From the NCBI RefSeq assembly GCF_944324935.1, contig NZ_CALUYG010000004.1, positions 18,470-82,469 of the forward strand: DNA of 64,000 bases, read 5' to 3'. This stretch comes from an uncultured Desulfovibrio sp. GTDB taxonomy: Bacteria; Desulfobacterota; Desulfovibrionia; Desulfovibrionales; Desulfovibrionaceae. The notes beneath the pieces were generated by a model, which was given only the letters and a program-made list of their open reading frames with translations, made no database searches and was not told where the DNA came from. This document shows, piece by piece, positions 45,626-55,813 of the stretch (positions are counted from its first letter, which is position 1; each line of letters opens with the position of its first letter). A program made the position numbers and the translations under genes.

Positions 45626-47020
45626 ATGTCTCATCAGCACAAGAACGGCGCGTCACATCCCATCATGTCCATCTGCCATGAGGAGTACAACGGCATCGAG
45701 ACCGGCATCCGGCTGCTCGGCCCGGCCAAGCTGGACTCTCCCCTGCCCTTCCGGGCCTGGGCCGATGACCGGCGCATCCCCATCTATGTAGACAGGGAAC
45801 TCTGCGACGACTTCGACGACCCGGTCTGTCTCTGCTTCGAGGCGGCCGGGCCGCGGCGCAAGCTCTATTTCGATCCCCGCCGGGCCAAGTGCGCCATCGT
45901 CACCTGCGGGGGGCTCTGTCCCGGGCTCAACGACGTCATCCGCTCCATCGTTCTGGAGGCCTACCATGCCTACGACGTGCCCTCGGTCATCGGCATACGC
46001 TATGGGCTGGAAGGCTTCATCGCCCGTTACGGGCATGAAGTGGCCGAACTGACGCCACGGCGCGTGGGCGAGATCCACCGTTTCGGGGGGACCATCCTGG
46101 GGACGTCGCGCGGGCCGCAGTCCCCGGAAGAGATCGTGGACATGCTGGAACGCAGCAACGTGAACATCCTGTTCGTCATCGGCGGCGACGGCTCCATGAA
46201 GGCGGCCCAGGCCATCGCCGGCGAGGTCGCCGCGCGCAGTCTCAAGCTTGCCGTCATCGGCATCCCCAAGACCATCGACAACGACATCAACTTCATCGCC
46301 CAGTCCTTCGGCTTCGAGACCGCCGTGTCCAAGGCCACCGAAGCCATACAGAGCGCCCATACCGAGGCCTGCGGCGTGCATAACGGCGTCGGTCTGGTGA
46401 AGCTCATGGGGCGCGAGTCCGGCTTCATCGCGGCGCGCGCGGCACTGGCCCTCAAGGAGGTGAACTTCGTGCTCGTGCCGGAGGCCCCCTTCCGGCTGGA
46501 AGGCGAAGGCGGGCTGCTGCCCGCACTGGAGCAGCGGCTGGCCGCGCGGCATCATGCCGTCATCGTGGTTGCCGAGGGCGCGGGCCAGCATCTGCTGGAT
46601 CAGCGTGGCGAAACGGATATTTCGGGCAATCCCGTGCTGGGGGATGTCGCCAGCCTGCTGCAACGGGAGATCAGGCGTTACCTCGGGGAGCGCGGCGTGC
46701 CGCATACCCTCAAGTTCATCGATCCGAGCTACATCATCCGTTCCGTGCCCGCCACCCCCAACGACAAGGTCTATTGCGGCTTTCTGGGCCAGTACGCCGT
46801 GCATGCCGCCATGGCCGGCCGTACGGAGATGGTGGTGGGCCGCCTGCAGGACAAGTTCGTCCATCTGCCGCTGCCTCTCGTGACGGCCAAGCGCCGCAAG
46901 CTCAACATCGCCTCCGACCTCTGGCGGGCCGTGCTGGAGTCCACCGGGCAGGGCATGCTTGCCGGCATGCTGCCGCCGGAAGGGACGGCCACGCCGGCTG
47001 CCGCGGCGGAACAGGCATAG
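45626..47020 (+). CDS. pfkA: 6-phosphofructokinase, ATP-dependent mixed-substrate group
   Basis: VTCGGLCPGLNDVIR, GGTILGTSRG, GGDGS, PKTIDND, KLMGRESG, IDPSYIIRS. Confidence 0.9.
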   Translation: MSHQHKNGASHPIMSICHEEYNGIETGIRLLGPAKLDSPLPFRAWADDRRIPIYVDRELCDDFDDPVCLCFEAAGPRRKLYFDPRRAKCAIVTCGGLCPGLNDVIRSIVLEAYHAYDVPSVIGIRYGLEGFIARYGHEVAELTPRRVGEIHRFGGTILGTSRGPQSPEEIVDMLERSNVNILFVIGGDGSMKAAQAIAGEVAARSLKLAVIGIPKTIDNDINFIAQSFGFETAVSKATEAIQSAHTEACGVHNGVGLVKLMGRESGFIAARAALALKEVNFVLVPEAPFRLEGEGGLLPALEQRLAARHHAVIVVAEGAGQHLLDQRGETDISGNPVLGDVASLLQREIRRYLGERGVPHTLKFIDPSYIIRSVPATPNDKVYCGFLGQYAVHAAMAGRTEMVVGRLQDKFVHLPLPLVTAKRRKLNIASDLWRAVLESTGQGMLAGMLPPEGTATPAAAAEQA

Positions 47021-47030
47021 GACGGGCCGG

Positions 47031-50000
47031 ATGGATATCGCCGCCGCCCTGCATGCCCGCCAGCGCATGCTCCAGATCAAGGCATCCGCCGGCTCGGGCA
47101 AGACCTATACGCTGACGCGCCTGTTCCTGAACCGGCTCTCCCGCTGCGAGGCCGGCGCCGCCGGGGCGGGGGCCGCCTGTCTTGTCCGGCATGACGGCCC
47201 GGCGCACTGGGGGGAGATCCTTGCCATCACCTTCACCAATGCCGCGGCCACGGAGATGCGCGACCGCGTCATCAGGGAACTGAAAAACGTGGCCCTGGGC
47301 AACATGGCGCAGGACATCCCCCTGCAGCCGCAGGCCGCCGCCCGCTGGCTGGACGTCATCCTGCGCGACCTTGCCTCGCTCAATATCCGCACCATCGACA
47401 GCCTGCTGCACCGCATCGTGCGGGCCGCCGCGCTGGATCTCGGCCTGCCGCCGGACTTCCAGCCCGTCTTTGCCAGCAGCGAGGCCATGCAGCCCCGGCT
47501 TGACCGGCTCATGGACGAGGCCTGGCACGGAGATGCGGACAAGCTGGCCATGCTGCGCGCCGTGTATGGCGGATTGATCTTCCAGGGAGACAGGAAAGGC
47601 TTCGTGGCCGGCACGCATCTTGTGGAGGAGCTGCGCTCCCTCTGGGACGGCTTTCTGGACGGCAGCTTTGCCCGGCTCAGTCCGCCGGCGGCCATCGAGG
47701 CGGAGGTGGAACGCATCTGGACGGACTGCCGCACGGCGGCCGAAGCCTTCCTGAAAGAGAGCGGGGGCGACGGCGTCAAGGTCAAGGCGCCGGTGAAACA
47801 GGCCTGCGAAAAGATCGTGGCGCGGAACGCGGATTTCAAAAAGAGTTCCTTTTTCACCGAGCCGGACAAGGAGTTCCTCAATAAGGGCAGCGCCTGCCCC
47901 GCCTCGCTGACAAAAGCCTGGGAACGGCTCTGGCGGACGGCCAGCGGGGCCATCCGCCCGCTCGCCGTGCTGGAGGAGGCGGGCAAGTCCGCCCAGACCG
48001 TGCGCCTTGCCCGGATGCTCTGCGAGGAGTTCGAGCGTGACAGTCGCCGGGACGGCAACATCCCGGCGGTGCTCATCCCGCTCAAGGCCAGGGAGGCGCT
48101 GTCCGGGGAGTACGGCGTGCCCGAGGCTCTCTGCCGCCTGGGCAGCCGTTTACGGCATTTCATGCTCGACGAGTTCCAGGATACCAGCCGCCAGCAGTGG
48201 CAGGCCATGCATCCGCTGGTGGAGGAGGCGCTGGCCCAGGGCGGGACGCTGACCTGGGTGGGCGACGTCAAGCAGGCCATCTACGGCTGGCGCGGCGGCG
48301 ATACCCGGCTTTTCGACGAGCTGGCGCGGGATGCGGGACTCCTGGGCATGGCCGAGGGCTGCCGTCAGGAATCCCTGCCCTGCAACCGGCGCAGCCGGCA
48401 AGTCATCGTGGAGCACAACAACCGTCTGTTCTCCCGTCTGGCCGACCGCGAGACGGCGCGGGAGGTGCTGACGGCCATCCTGGGCAGGAGCGTCCCCGCC
48501 GATCTGCTGGAGGAGGGCGCGGCCGCCGTGGCGGGCGCGTATGCCGATGCCGTGCAGCGTCTGCCGGAGCCGGCGGCCGCCGGCGGCTGCGTGCGGGTGT
48601 ACGATGTGGAGGACGCGGCGGGGATCAGCCATGCCGCCGAAGGCAGGCAGGCCGTGGGGGAATGCCTGCTGCGCCTCGTGCGGGAGACGGGCGCGCGCCG
48701 TCCCTGGTCGGATATGCTGGTGCTGGTGAGCACCAATGAGCTGGCCCATGATTACGCTGAACTGCTCATGGAGGACGGCGTCCCCGTCATCACGGAGAAC
48801 AGCCTCCTGCTGGCGGAACATCCGCTCATCCTGCAGCTGGTGGCCTTTTTGCGCTTTCTGGATCGGCCCGAGGACGACGTGGCCCTGTGGACCGTGCTGC
48901 ACGGCGCGTTGCTGGCCGGTCATTCCGCCTTCAGCCTCGACTCGCAGGCGCTGCACGACTGGCGGGCCGCCCATGCCCGCCGACAGCGTCCGCTCTGGCA
49001 GGCCTTCCGGGAGTTCCGCCCGGACATCTGGGAGCATTTCCTGGCGCCCTTCCTTGGCCGGGCCGGGCTTATGACGCCGTACGATACCCTCATGGAGTGG
49101 TGCGCGCGTCTCCAGGCGCACGAGCGCTTTCCCGAGGCGGCGGTCTTCCTGCGCTACTTCATGGAGGTGCTTGCCTGCGCCGAGGAGAACGGCCTGGCCT
49201 CTCCGGCGGCCTTTCTGCACCACTGGGATCAGAAGGGGCAGGAGGAAAAAGTCCCCGCGCCGGACAACCTGGATGCCGTGCGCGTTATGACCATCCACAA
49301 GTCCAAGGGATTGCAGGCGCCGGTGGTCATCCTGCCCGGTACCGGCATGTCCCTTCTGGTGAACAGGATGCTGCCCGTGAGCGTGGGCGGGATACGCGTG
49401 GTCTGTCGGGCGCGGGCCGGGATGGGAGAGCCCTATTACCGCGAATACGTTCGTCAGGGTGTGGAGCGCCTCAATCAGCTCTATGTGGCCTTTACCCGCG
49501 CCTGCGAAGAGCTGCACATCATCCGCACGCCGCTTGCCTCCTCTGCGCGCGGCAGCGTCACGGCCGGTCTGGACCGGCTCTGGGAGCTGGCCGGTTTTGC
49601 CGTCCCCTATGCGGAAGGAGAGCTCCCGGCACGGACGGTGGCGGCGGATGCCGTGAGCGATGCGGAGACCTGTCCTCCCGAAGGAGAGCCCATCTCCCCG
49701 ATGGCGGACGACATCTCCCCCACGGGGCCCGACGACGAGGAGCGGCCGTGGCGGCCCATGCAGTGGCTGCCCGCGCTCAAGATATTCCGCAATCCGCTGG
49801 GCGGCGCATTCCGTCCGCAGGACCGGGGAGAATTCCTCCACCATTGCCTTGAACACCTTGCCGCCACGGCGGGCGACTGTGCCGGGAGCCGGGCCGTCGC
49901 GGCCTGGCGGCGCGGGCGGGAGACCTTTCCCCGTTCCGTGCCGGAGGATGACGCCTTTCGTCAGGGCATCCTGACCGCCCTCGACTGGGCGGCGGGACAG

Positions 50001-50324
50001 CCCCTGCTCATGGACTGGCTGGGCCGAGGGCATGCGGAACAGGGGCTGCTCGTGGCCGGGCGCGACGGCCTGCGGGCCGGTCGGGCGGACCTGATCGTCC
50101 CGGGCCGGCGGCGTCATCTGGTGCTGGAATTCAAGAGCGGCAGGCCGGAGGCGGGGCATGCGGCGCAGCTGCGCGGCTATCTGAGCTGCCTGCCGCAGGA
50201 CCTTCCGGCCACGGGGCTGCTCGTCTATCTGGATGAACGCTGTTTCCGGCGGGTGGAACTCACGGACGCCACGGAACTGCTGGCGGAGCTGACGCAGGCC
50301 TTTCCCTGTTGCCATGAGGTATAG
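47031..50324 (+). CDS. addA: AddA-like UvrD helicase with C-terminal nuclease
   Basis: ASAGSGKT, ILAITFTNAAA, LDEFQDTS, VGDVKQAIYGWRG, MTIHKSKGL, LYVAFTRA, RADL...EFKSG. Confidence 0.85.
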   Translation: MDIAAALHARQRMLQIKASAGSGKTYTLTRLFLNRLSRCEAGAAGAGAACLVRHDGPAHWGEILAITFTNAAATEMRDRVIRELKNVALGNMAQDIPLQPQAAARWLDVILRDLASLNIRTIDSLLHRIVRAAALDLGLPPDFQPVFASSEAMQPRLDRLMDEAWHGDADKLAMLRAVYGGLIFQGDRKGFVAGTHLVEELRSLWDGFLDGSFARLSPPAAIEAEVERIWTDCRTAAEAFLKESGGDGVKVKAPVKQACEKIVARNADFKKSSFFTEPDKEFLNKGSACPASLTKAWERLWRTASGAIRPLAVLEEAGKSAQTVRLARMLCEEFERDSRRDGNIPAVLIPLKAREALSGEYGVPEALCRLGSRLRHFMLDEFQDTSRQQWQAMHPLVEEALAQGGTLTWVGDVKQAIYGWRGGDTRLFDELARDAGLLGMAEGCRQESLPCNRRSRQVIVEHNNRLFSRLADRETAREVLTAILGRSVPADLLEEGAAAVAGAYADAVQRLPEPAAAGGCVRVYDVEDAAGISHAAEGRQAVGECLLRLVRETGARRPWSDMLVLVSTNELAHDYAELLMEDGVPVITENSLLLAEHPLILQLVAFLRFLDRPEDDVALWTVLHGALLAGHSAFSLDSQALHDWRAAHARRQRPLWQAFREFRPDIWEHFLAPFLGRAGLMTPYDTLMEWCARLQAHERFPEAAVFLRYFMEVLACAEENGLASPAAFLHHWDQKGQEEKVPAPDNLDAVRVMTIHKSKGLQAPVVILPGTGMSLLVNRMLPVSVGGIRVVCRARAGMGEPYYREYVRQGVERLNQLYVAFTRACEELHIIRTPLASSARGSVTAGLDRLWELAGFAVPYAEGELPARTVAADAVSDAETCPPEGEPISPMADDISPTGPDDEERPWRPMQWLPALKIFRNPLGGAFRPQDRGEFLHHCLEHLAATAGDCAGSRAVAAWRRGRETFPRSVPEDDAFRQGILTALDWAAGQPLLMDWLGRGHAEQGLLVAGRDGLRAGRADLIVPGRRRHLVLEFKSGRPEAGHAAQLRGYLSCLPQDLPATGLLVYLDERCFRRVELTDATELLAELTQAFPCCHEV

Positions 50325-50327
50325 AAC

Positions 50328-53300
50328 ATGCCCGGAACGCCCTTTTTCCTTTTTGACTGGCGCAAGCCCTTCCTGCCCGCCCTCAAGGACTTCATCGCCC
50401 GACGTACGGACGGCTGTCCCGGGCGGGCCCTGCTGGTGGTCCCCCACAATCGCCCCTGGCGCTATCTCCAGCACCTCTATGCTCTGGACGGCAGGCCGAC
50501 CCTGCTGCCCAAGGTCATAACCTTCACCGAGCTGCTGGGCCGCTGGCGGGAACAGGCGGGCGAGCCGCCCGTCCATACGGCCAACAGTCTGGATCAGGTG
50601 GCGTTGCTGCGCGAATGCGTCGCCGGCCTTTCCCGGACGGACAGCGGCCTTGCCGAGCGCTTCTCGCGCATGGAGATGGAAGAATTCCTGCCCTGGGGCA
50701 TGCGGCTGGCCGGCGTGCTGGAAGAGCTTTTCGGGTATGGCGTGACGGCCGCCGACATCGCCCACATGGAAGGGGAGGTGGCGCCGCCCGCGGCCGCCCT
50801 GCTTGCCGCGCTGGGGCGCATCCAGGAGGCGTACGCCCGCCTGCTGCGGGAACGGGGCTGGACGACGCCGGGTTTCGACGCCTGCGAGACGGCCCGCCTC
50901 GGCGAAGACGTGCCGGAGAGCCTGCGCGCCCGTGACGGCCGGCCGGTGCTGCTGGCGGGCTTTGCTCTGCTGACGCCCACCGAGGACATATTGCTCCGTC
51001 GTCTCTGGGAAGCCGGCGCGGACATCTGCCTGCATACGGACGCGGCGCTGGCGCTGGGCGACAGGCCGCACTGGGCCTGCGAGGAACATGCCCGCTGGCT
51101 GCGCCGCTGGCAGGCGCGGGCCACGCTTGCGGATGCCGGCGACGCGGCGGATGCGGCGCAGCCGGCGGGGCCGGAATTCCACTTTTTTGCCGGGTATGAC
51201 GTGCATTCCCAGCTGGAGGCCCTGCGCGAGGACCTGCTGGCGGAGATGCCTTCCGCCAAGGATGCGGAAGATGCCGTCCGCCTGGACAGGGAAGACGGCG
51301 ACGAGGCGGTCATCCACTGGACCACGGGCCAGGAACCCGCCGGGCCGTCCACGGCCGTGGTGCTGACCCATAACGGGCTGCTCCTGCCGGTGCTGCACCA
51401 TCTGCCGCGCAAGGACGTCAACATCTCCATGGGCTATCCGCTGGAGCGCTCGCCGCTGTTCCGCCTGCTGGAAAGCCTTTTCCGCACGCAGGAGGAACGC
51501 GGCGCGGACGGCCGCTACTACTGGCGGAGCCTGCTGGAATGTCTGCGCCATCCCTACCTGGCCATGCTCCAGCAGGAGGAGGCGGTCGATCCCGCGGCAG
51601 CGCCGGAAGCCGGGCGCGCCTCCCTGCGGGAACCGCTGGCCCTGCTGGCCGAGACCATCCGTCAGGGCAGCCGGAGCCGCACGCTCGAGGAGGTTCTGGC
51701 CCCGGTGGAAGTCCGTCTCGCGCCGCGGGAGGCCCGGGCCCTGCGCGAACTTGTCCACATCCTTTTTTCCGCCTTTGCCGCCGTGCGTACCTGTGCGGAG
51801 CTGGCCGACGCGCTGGAGGCCCTGTGCGTCTGCCTCCAGGAGCGCGGCGGGCACATCTGGCCGCACTATCCGCTGGACGCCGAGGCCATGTACCGCCTGC
51901 GGGAACACTGTCTGCCCGTTTTGCGCCACAACGCCCTGAGCCGGGAACCGTTCACGGCGCGGCAGCTCTTCCAGTTCGCCCGGCAGATCCTGCGACAGGA
52001 GCGCATCCCCTTCGAGGCGGTCCCCCTTACCGGCCTGCAGGTGCTGGGCATGCTGGAGACCCGCCTGCTCCACTTCGATCGTCTGTATATCCTGGACGCC
52101 ACGGACGAGAGCCTGCCCGGCAGCGCGGTACAGGACCCCCTGTTGCCGGACAGTCTGCGGCTGGAACTGGGGCTGCCCGATGCGCGACGGCGCGAACGGG
52201 CGGCGGCGCATACCCTCTTCCGGCTGTGTGCCGGGGCGAGCAAGGTCACCTTCTCCTGGCAGGAGGGCATTTCCCGCTCGGCTCTCTTCGATGCCCGCAA
52301 AAGCCGCAGCCGCTTCGTGGAGCAGCTCATCTGGCAGGAGGAGCGGCGGCGCGGCCGGCTGCTTGTGCCCGGCGAAGCGCCCCTGCACACTCCCGCCAGC
52401 GCGGCACGCCCTTCCGCCGCGCAACCGGAGGAGATCGTCCACTCCCCTGCCCTGCGGGAGGTCATGCGGCGGTTTCTGGACGGGCGAATCTCTCCCACGG
52501 CGCTGGATGCCTACCTCGGCTGTCCCAAGCGTTTCGTCTGGCATTACCTCTGCCGGCTGCGCGAGGCGGAGGAAGTCAATGAGGGGGACGATCACGCCCT
52601 GGTCGGCAAGGTCGTCCATCGTGTGCTCGAGCAGCTTTACCGTCCGCACATCGGCAAGACCGTGTGCGCGCAGGATTTCCGGCAGGCTGATCTGGCCGCC
52701 CTGCTGGTGCAGGCCCTTGCCGATCTGGGAGGCGAGGACGCTCTGCCGCCGGAAAGCCGCATCATGCTTGAGCTGTCCGTACCTTACCGGCTGCGAAAGT
52801 ATCTGGACGAGCAGCCGGAAACCACCATCATCGGCCTGGAGGAGCCGCTGGAGACCCGGCTGTCGCTCTGGGAGGGGCGCGGGTTTGCCTTCTGGGGGCA
52901 GGCGGACCGCATCGACAGGCGGGAAGGAGCGCTCCATCTCGTGGATTACAAGACCGGGCGCGTGCGCGGCGCGGATACGCTGCTCTGGAACGAGGAGGAC
53001 TTCTGGCGGGAGCTGGACGATTTCCGCCGCGCGGCGGAAGCGGGCGAGGCGGATGCCGACGACGCCCTGCCGCTGCTGGCGGTGGTGCGCGAGCGCCTGC
53101 ACAGCCTGCAACTGCCCTGCTATGTGGCTCTGCTGGCCGGGTTGCGGCCTGAAGAGCGGGTGGAGAACGCCTGTCTGGTGGAGTTGTACGAGAAGGGCAA
53201 GGAGCACCCGCTGTTCAGCGGTCCGTGGACAGACGAGGACTATGCCGTGGCGCTGCGGCGCTGTCGTGAGCTGCTCGGTCTGGTCATCTGGCACATGGAG

Positions 53301-53372
53301 CATTGCGCGACCTTCCGGCCCGTGACGGGACGCTGCGCGCACTGTCCCTACCGGGGAGCCTGCCGGGCCTGA
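50328..53372 (+). CDS. addB: AddB-like PD-(D/E)XK nuclease
   Basis: ISPTALDAYLGCP, GQADRIDRR..LVDYKTG, LQLPCY, terminal CAHCPYRGAC Fe-S motif. Confidence 0.85.
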   Translation: MPGTPFFLFDWRKPFLPALKDFIARRTDGCPGRALLVVPHNRPWRYLQHLYALDGRPTLLPKVITFTELLGRWREQAGEPPVHTANSLDQVALLRECVAGLSRTDSGLAERFSRMEMEEFLPWGMRLAGVLEELFGYGVTAADIAHMEGEVAPPAAALLAALGRIQEAYARLLRERGWTTPGFDACETARLGEDVPESLRARDGRPVLLAGFALLTPTEDILLRRLWEAGADICLHTDAALALGDRPHWACEEHARWLRRWQARATLADAGDAADAAQPAGPEFHFFAGYDVHSQLEALREDLLAEMPSAKDAEDAVRLDREDGDEAVIHWTTGQEPAGPSTAVVLTHNGLLLPVLHHLPRKDVNISMGYPLERSPLFRLLESLFRTQEERGADGRYYWRSLLECLRHPYLAMLQQEEAVDPAAAPEAGRASLREPLALLAETIRQGSRSRTLEEVLAPVEVRLAPREARALRELVHILFSAFAAVRTCAELADALEALCVCLQERGGHIWPHYPLDAEAMYRLREHCLPVLRHNALSREPFTARQLFQFARQILRQERIPFEAVPLTGLQVLGMLETRLLHFDRLYILDATDESLPGSAVQDPLLPDSLRLELGLPDARRRERAAAHTLFRLCAGASKVTFSWQEGISRSALFDARKSRSRFVEQLIWQEERRRGRLLVPGEAPLHTPASAARPSAAQPEEIVHSPALREVMRRFLDGRISPTALDAYLGCPKRFVWHYLCRLREAEEVNEGDDHALVGKVVHRVLEQLYRPHIGKTVCAQDFRQADLAALLVQALADLGGEDALPPESRIMLELSVPYRLRKYLDEQPETTIIGLEEPLETRLSLWEGRGFAFWGQADRIDRREGALHLVDYKTGRVRGADTLLWNEEDFWRELDDFRRAAEAGEADADDALPLLAVVRERLHSLQLPCYVALLAGLRPEERVENACLVELYEKGKEHPLFSGPWTDEDYAVALRRCRELLGLVIWHMEHCATFRPVTGRCAHCPYRGACRA

Positions 53373-53687
53373 TGCGGCCGCCGGCTTTTTCTCGTCCGTC
53401 CTGCACCCGCGCGGAATGCGGTTATTTGTAAGATATTGTGTCCGCGGCCAGCGCCGGCATGGTGAGCGGAAGCGGAGAGGCCCGCGTGCGGCTTGCAGGG
53501 CGCGGCGCGCAACATCCCGGCGGCCAGGCGGCACGGGCGGGGCCGTCGCAGGCTGCCGATAACGGGCCCGCCCTTGTGTTTTGCCTTTTTTTTGCCTACC
53601 ATCGGGACATTCTGGTCATGCGGCCTCCCCGTCTGTGACGGGGAAGACATGACCTCCCTTTCCATGCGCCTGCGGAGGTTGTATACC

Positions 53688-54785
53688 GTGCCTTTTCCCC
53701 CTTTGAAAATTGGCGAGCTCTGTGCCCGTCGTCCCATCGTGCAGGGCGGCATGGGCGTCGGCATTTCCCTTTCCGGCCTGGCGTCCGCCGTGGCCAATGA
53801 AGGCGGCATAGGCGTCATTGCCGGGGCCATGATCGGCATGCGCGAGCCGGACGTGGCCAAAAATCCCATTGAAGCCAACCTGCGCGCCCTGCGGCAGGAG
53901 CTGCAACTCGCTCGGGAAAAAACACAGGGCATCATCGGCGTCAATATCATGGTGGCCCTGACGACCTTTACCCAGATGGTGCGTACCGCCATCGAGAATC
54001 ATGCCGACGTCATCTTTTCCGGCGCGGGCCTGCCGCTGGACATGCCCCGCCATCTGCGGGAACTCTGCGAGGAAAAGAAACAGGAATTCAAGACCAAGCT
54101 CGTGCCCATCGTCTCCTCCGCCCGGGCGGCGACGGTCATTGCCAAAAAATGGCTGAGCCGCTTTGATTACACGCCCGACGCCGTGGTGGTGGAAGGTCCC
54201 CGGGCCGGCGGGCATCTGGGCTTCAAGGTCGAGGAACTGGATGATCCGGCCTTCGCGCTGGAGAAGCTCGTCCCCGATGTGGTGGAGTCGGTCAAGCCCT
54301 TTGAGGACAAGAGCGGCCGGGCCATCCCTGTCATTGCGGCCGGCGGCATCTACAATGGGGAAGACATCGACAAGTTCCTGCATCTGGGGGCTTCCGGCGT
54401 GCAGATGGGCACGCGCTTCGTGGCGACCTACGAGTGCGATGCCGACCAGCGCTTCAAGGAAAGCTACCTTGCGGCCACGGACGCGGACGTGACCATCATC
54501 AAGAGTCCTGTGGGCATGCCGGGCCGGGCCCTGAACAATGCCTTTATTGAAGCGGCACGCGAAGGGCGCAAAAAACCCTTCAAGTGCGTCTTCCACTGTG
54601 TGAGCACCTGCGAGCAGGAAAAGACCCCCTACTGCATCGCCTCCGCCCTCATCAACGCCATGAAGGGCAATCTGGAGCGGGGTTTCGCCTTCTGCGGGGC
54701 CAACGTCTCCCGCGTGAAGGAGATCATTTCCGTCAGGGAACTGATGGACTCGCTGCAACGCGAATACGAAGCCGTACAGGCCTGA
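53688..54785 (+). CDS. Nitronate-monooxygenase-family FMN oxidoreductase, FabX/UfaA-like
   Basis: PLKIG..PIVQGGMGVGISLSGLA, EGPRAGGHLG, VQMGTRF, C-terminal CVFHCVSTC..YCI; GGAGG before GTG 53688. Confidence 0.85.
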   Translation: MPFPPLKIGELCARRPIVQGGMGVGISLSGLASAVANEGGIGVIAGAMIGMREPDVAKNPIEANLRALRQELQLAREKTQGIIGVNIMVALTTFTQMVRTAIENHADVIFSGAGLPLDMPRHLRELCEEKKQEFKTKLVPIVSSARAATVIAKKWLSRFDYTPDAVVVEGPRAGGHLGFKVEELDDPAFALEKLVPDVVESVKPFEDKSGRAIPVIAAGGIYNGEDIDKFLHLGASGVQMGTRFVATYECDADQRFKESYLAATDADVTIIKSPVGMPGRALNNAFIEAAREGRKKPFKCVFHCVSTCEQEKTPYCIASALINAMKGNLERGFAFCGANVSRVKEIISVRELMDSLQREYEAVQA

Positions 54786-54812
54786 AAAACAGTGTGCCGC
54801 AGCCGCGGCGCG

Positions 54813-54880
54813 GAGGGAGGCGATCCCTGCCGTCCTTTCTGGAAAGGAGAGCGACCGGCGGGCCGCTCCCCTCTTTTTTT
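54813..54880 (+). terminator. Branched hairpin/terminator after the flavoprotein gene
   Basis: GAGGGAG...CTCCCCTC arms enclosing TCCTTTCTGGAAAGGA and GAGCG/CGCTC stems, then T7. Confidence 0.55.
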
Positions 54881-54981
54881 CACTTCAGGCGGCCGGCGCA
54901 AGAGGGGCGCGGATATCATTTCTCTTGCCGCTCCGCCGCTTTCCTGTGGCCGGACAGCCTGTCCCAAGGAGCCGTTTTTTC

Positions 54982-55254
54982 ATGGAACGTCTTGAACTCC
55001 TCTCCGCCATGCTCATGGTGCTGAGCCCCGTCATGGTGCTTATGAGCCTTATCAGCCCCAGGGGGGCCATCCTTTTTCGGCGCAAGACGCGCCTCAAGGG
55101 GGTACTGCTCTGGCTGTGCGTGGGGCTTGCGGGGCTGGCGCTGGCGCATATCGTCGTGCCGCAGCCCGGCGGGCCGCTCCCGGATGCGTCGGCCGGCTCG
55201 CAGGCCGCTCCTGCCGCCCCCTCGCCGGCGGCCGTTCCCCGGCAACAACAGTAA
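54982..55254 (+). CDS. Small two-TM hypothetical membrane protein
   Basis: AAGGAG RBS, two hydrophobic stretches and a Pro/Ala tail. Confidence 0.6.
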   Translation: MERLELLSAMLMVLSPVMVLMSLISPRGAILFRRKTRLKGVLLWLCVGLAGLALAHIVVPQPGGPLPDASAGSQAAPAAPSPAAVPRQQQ

Positions 55255-55273
55255 TGAACGGGAGGTCTCGGAA

Positions 55274-55813
55274 ATGATGGTCTTTTTCTGCAAACGCGCA
55301 ACAACGGCCGACGGCCGTACGCGCTGGTCGGCAAGCGTCCCTACCCTGCTGGGGTTCACCACCGTCGGCTGGTTCTATTCCGAGGAGCTCGCGCACAGCT
55401 TCATCCATTTCCTGGAAAGCACGCCGCATGCCCGTGACGAGGCGGAAAACGACGCCTGGCGCGAGTTTCAGTTCCGTCTGGATTTCCTCTGGTGTGAAAA
55501 GCTGCAAAAGGAGCGCGCCGTGCTGGAAAGCCACTGGCAGCCGCTGCATGACGTTCTCTGGCGCTATACGGCAGCCATTGCCGAGCTGTTGCGTAAGACG
55601 GATCCTGCCGCGACGGACAGGAGCGCCCGCATTGCCGAAGGCTTCCAGGCCATCTGGGAAAGTGCCTTCACGGCCATGCGCGCCCTTGAGGGGCTGGAGC
55701 CGCTGGCCGATCTGCTGGAGGCGCAAAGCCGGGTGCACGGCCAGATCAGAACCGAGCTTGAACGCCAGGCCGGGCAGATGGCCGAAGCGGGAGCGCTGCC
55801 GCGCCTGCAGTAG
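55274..55813 (+). CDS. Hypothetical protein (179 aa)
   Basis: GGAGG RBS at 55261, host-like codon usage, helical-looking C-terminal half. Confidence 0.65.
   Translation: MMVFFCKRATTADGRTRWSASVPTLLGFTTVGWFYSEELAHSFIHFLESTPHARDEAENDAWREFQFRLDFLWCEKLQKERAVLESHWQPLHDVLWRYTAAIAELLRKTDPAATDRSARIAEGFQAIWESAFTAMRALEGLEPLADLLEAQSRVHGQIRTELERQAGQMAEAGALPRLQ

Noticed and set aside
48150-53534. 1794-aa minus-strand ORF, and similar long antisense ORFs such as 60258-63938, 7903-9897 and 2158-4299
   Set aside because: They lie opposite clearly identifiable genes, have no motifs, and are the expected shadow frames of GC3-rich coding sequence
53555-53562. Perfect sigma28 -10 box GCCGATAA
   Set aside because: There is no -35 TAAA/TCAAG at the proper distance, and it lies in the loop of a probable terminator hairpin
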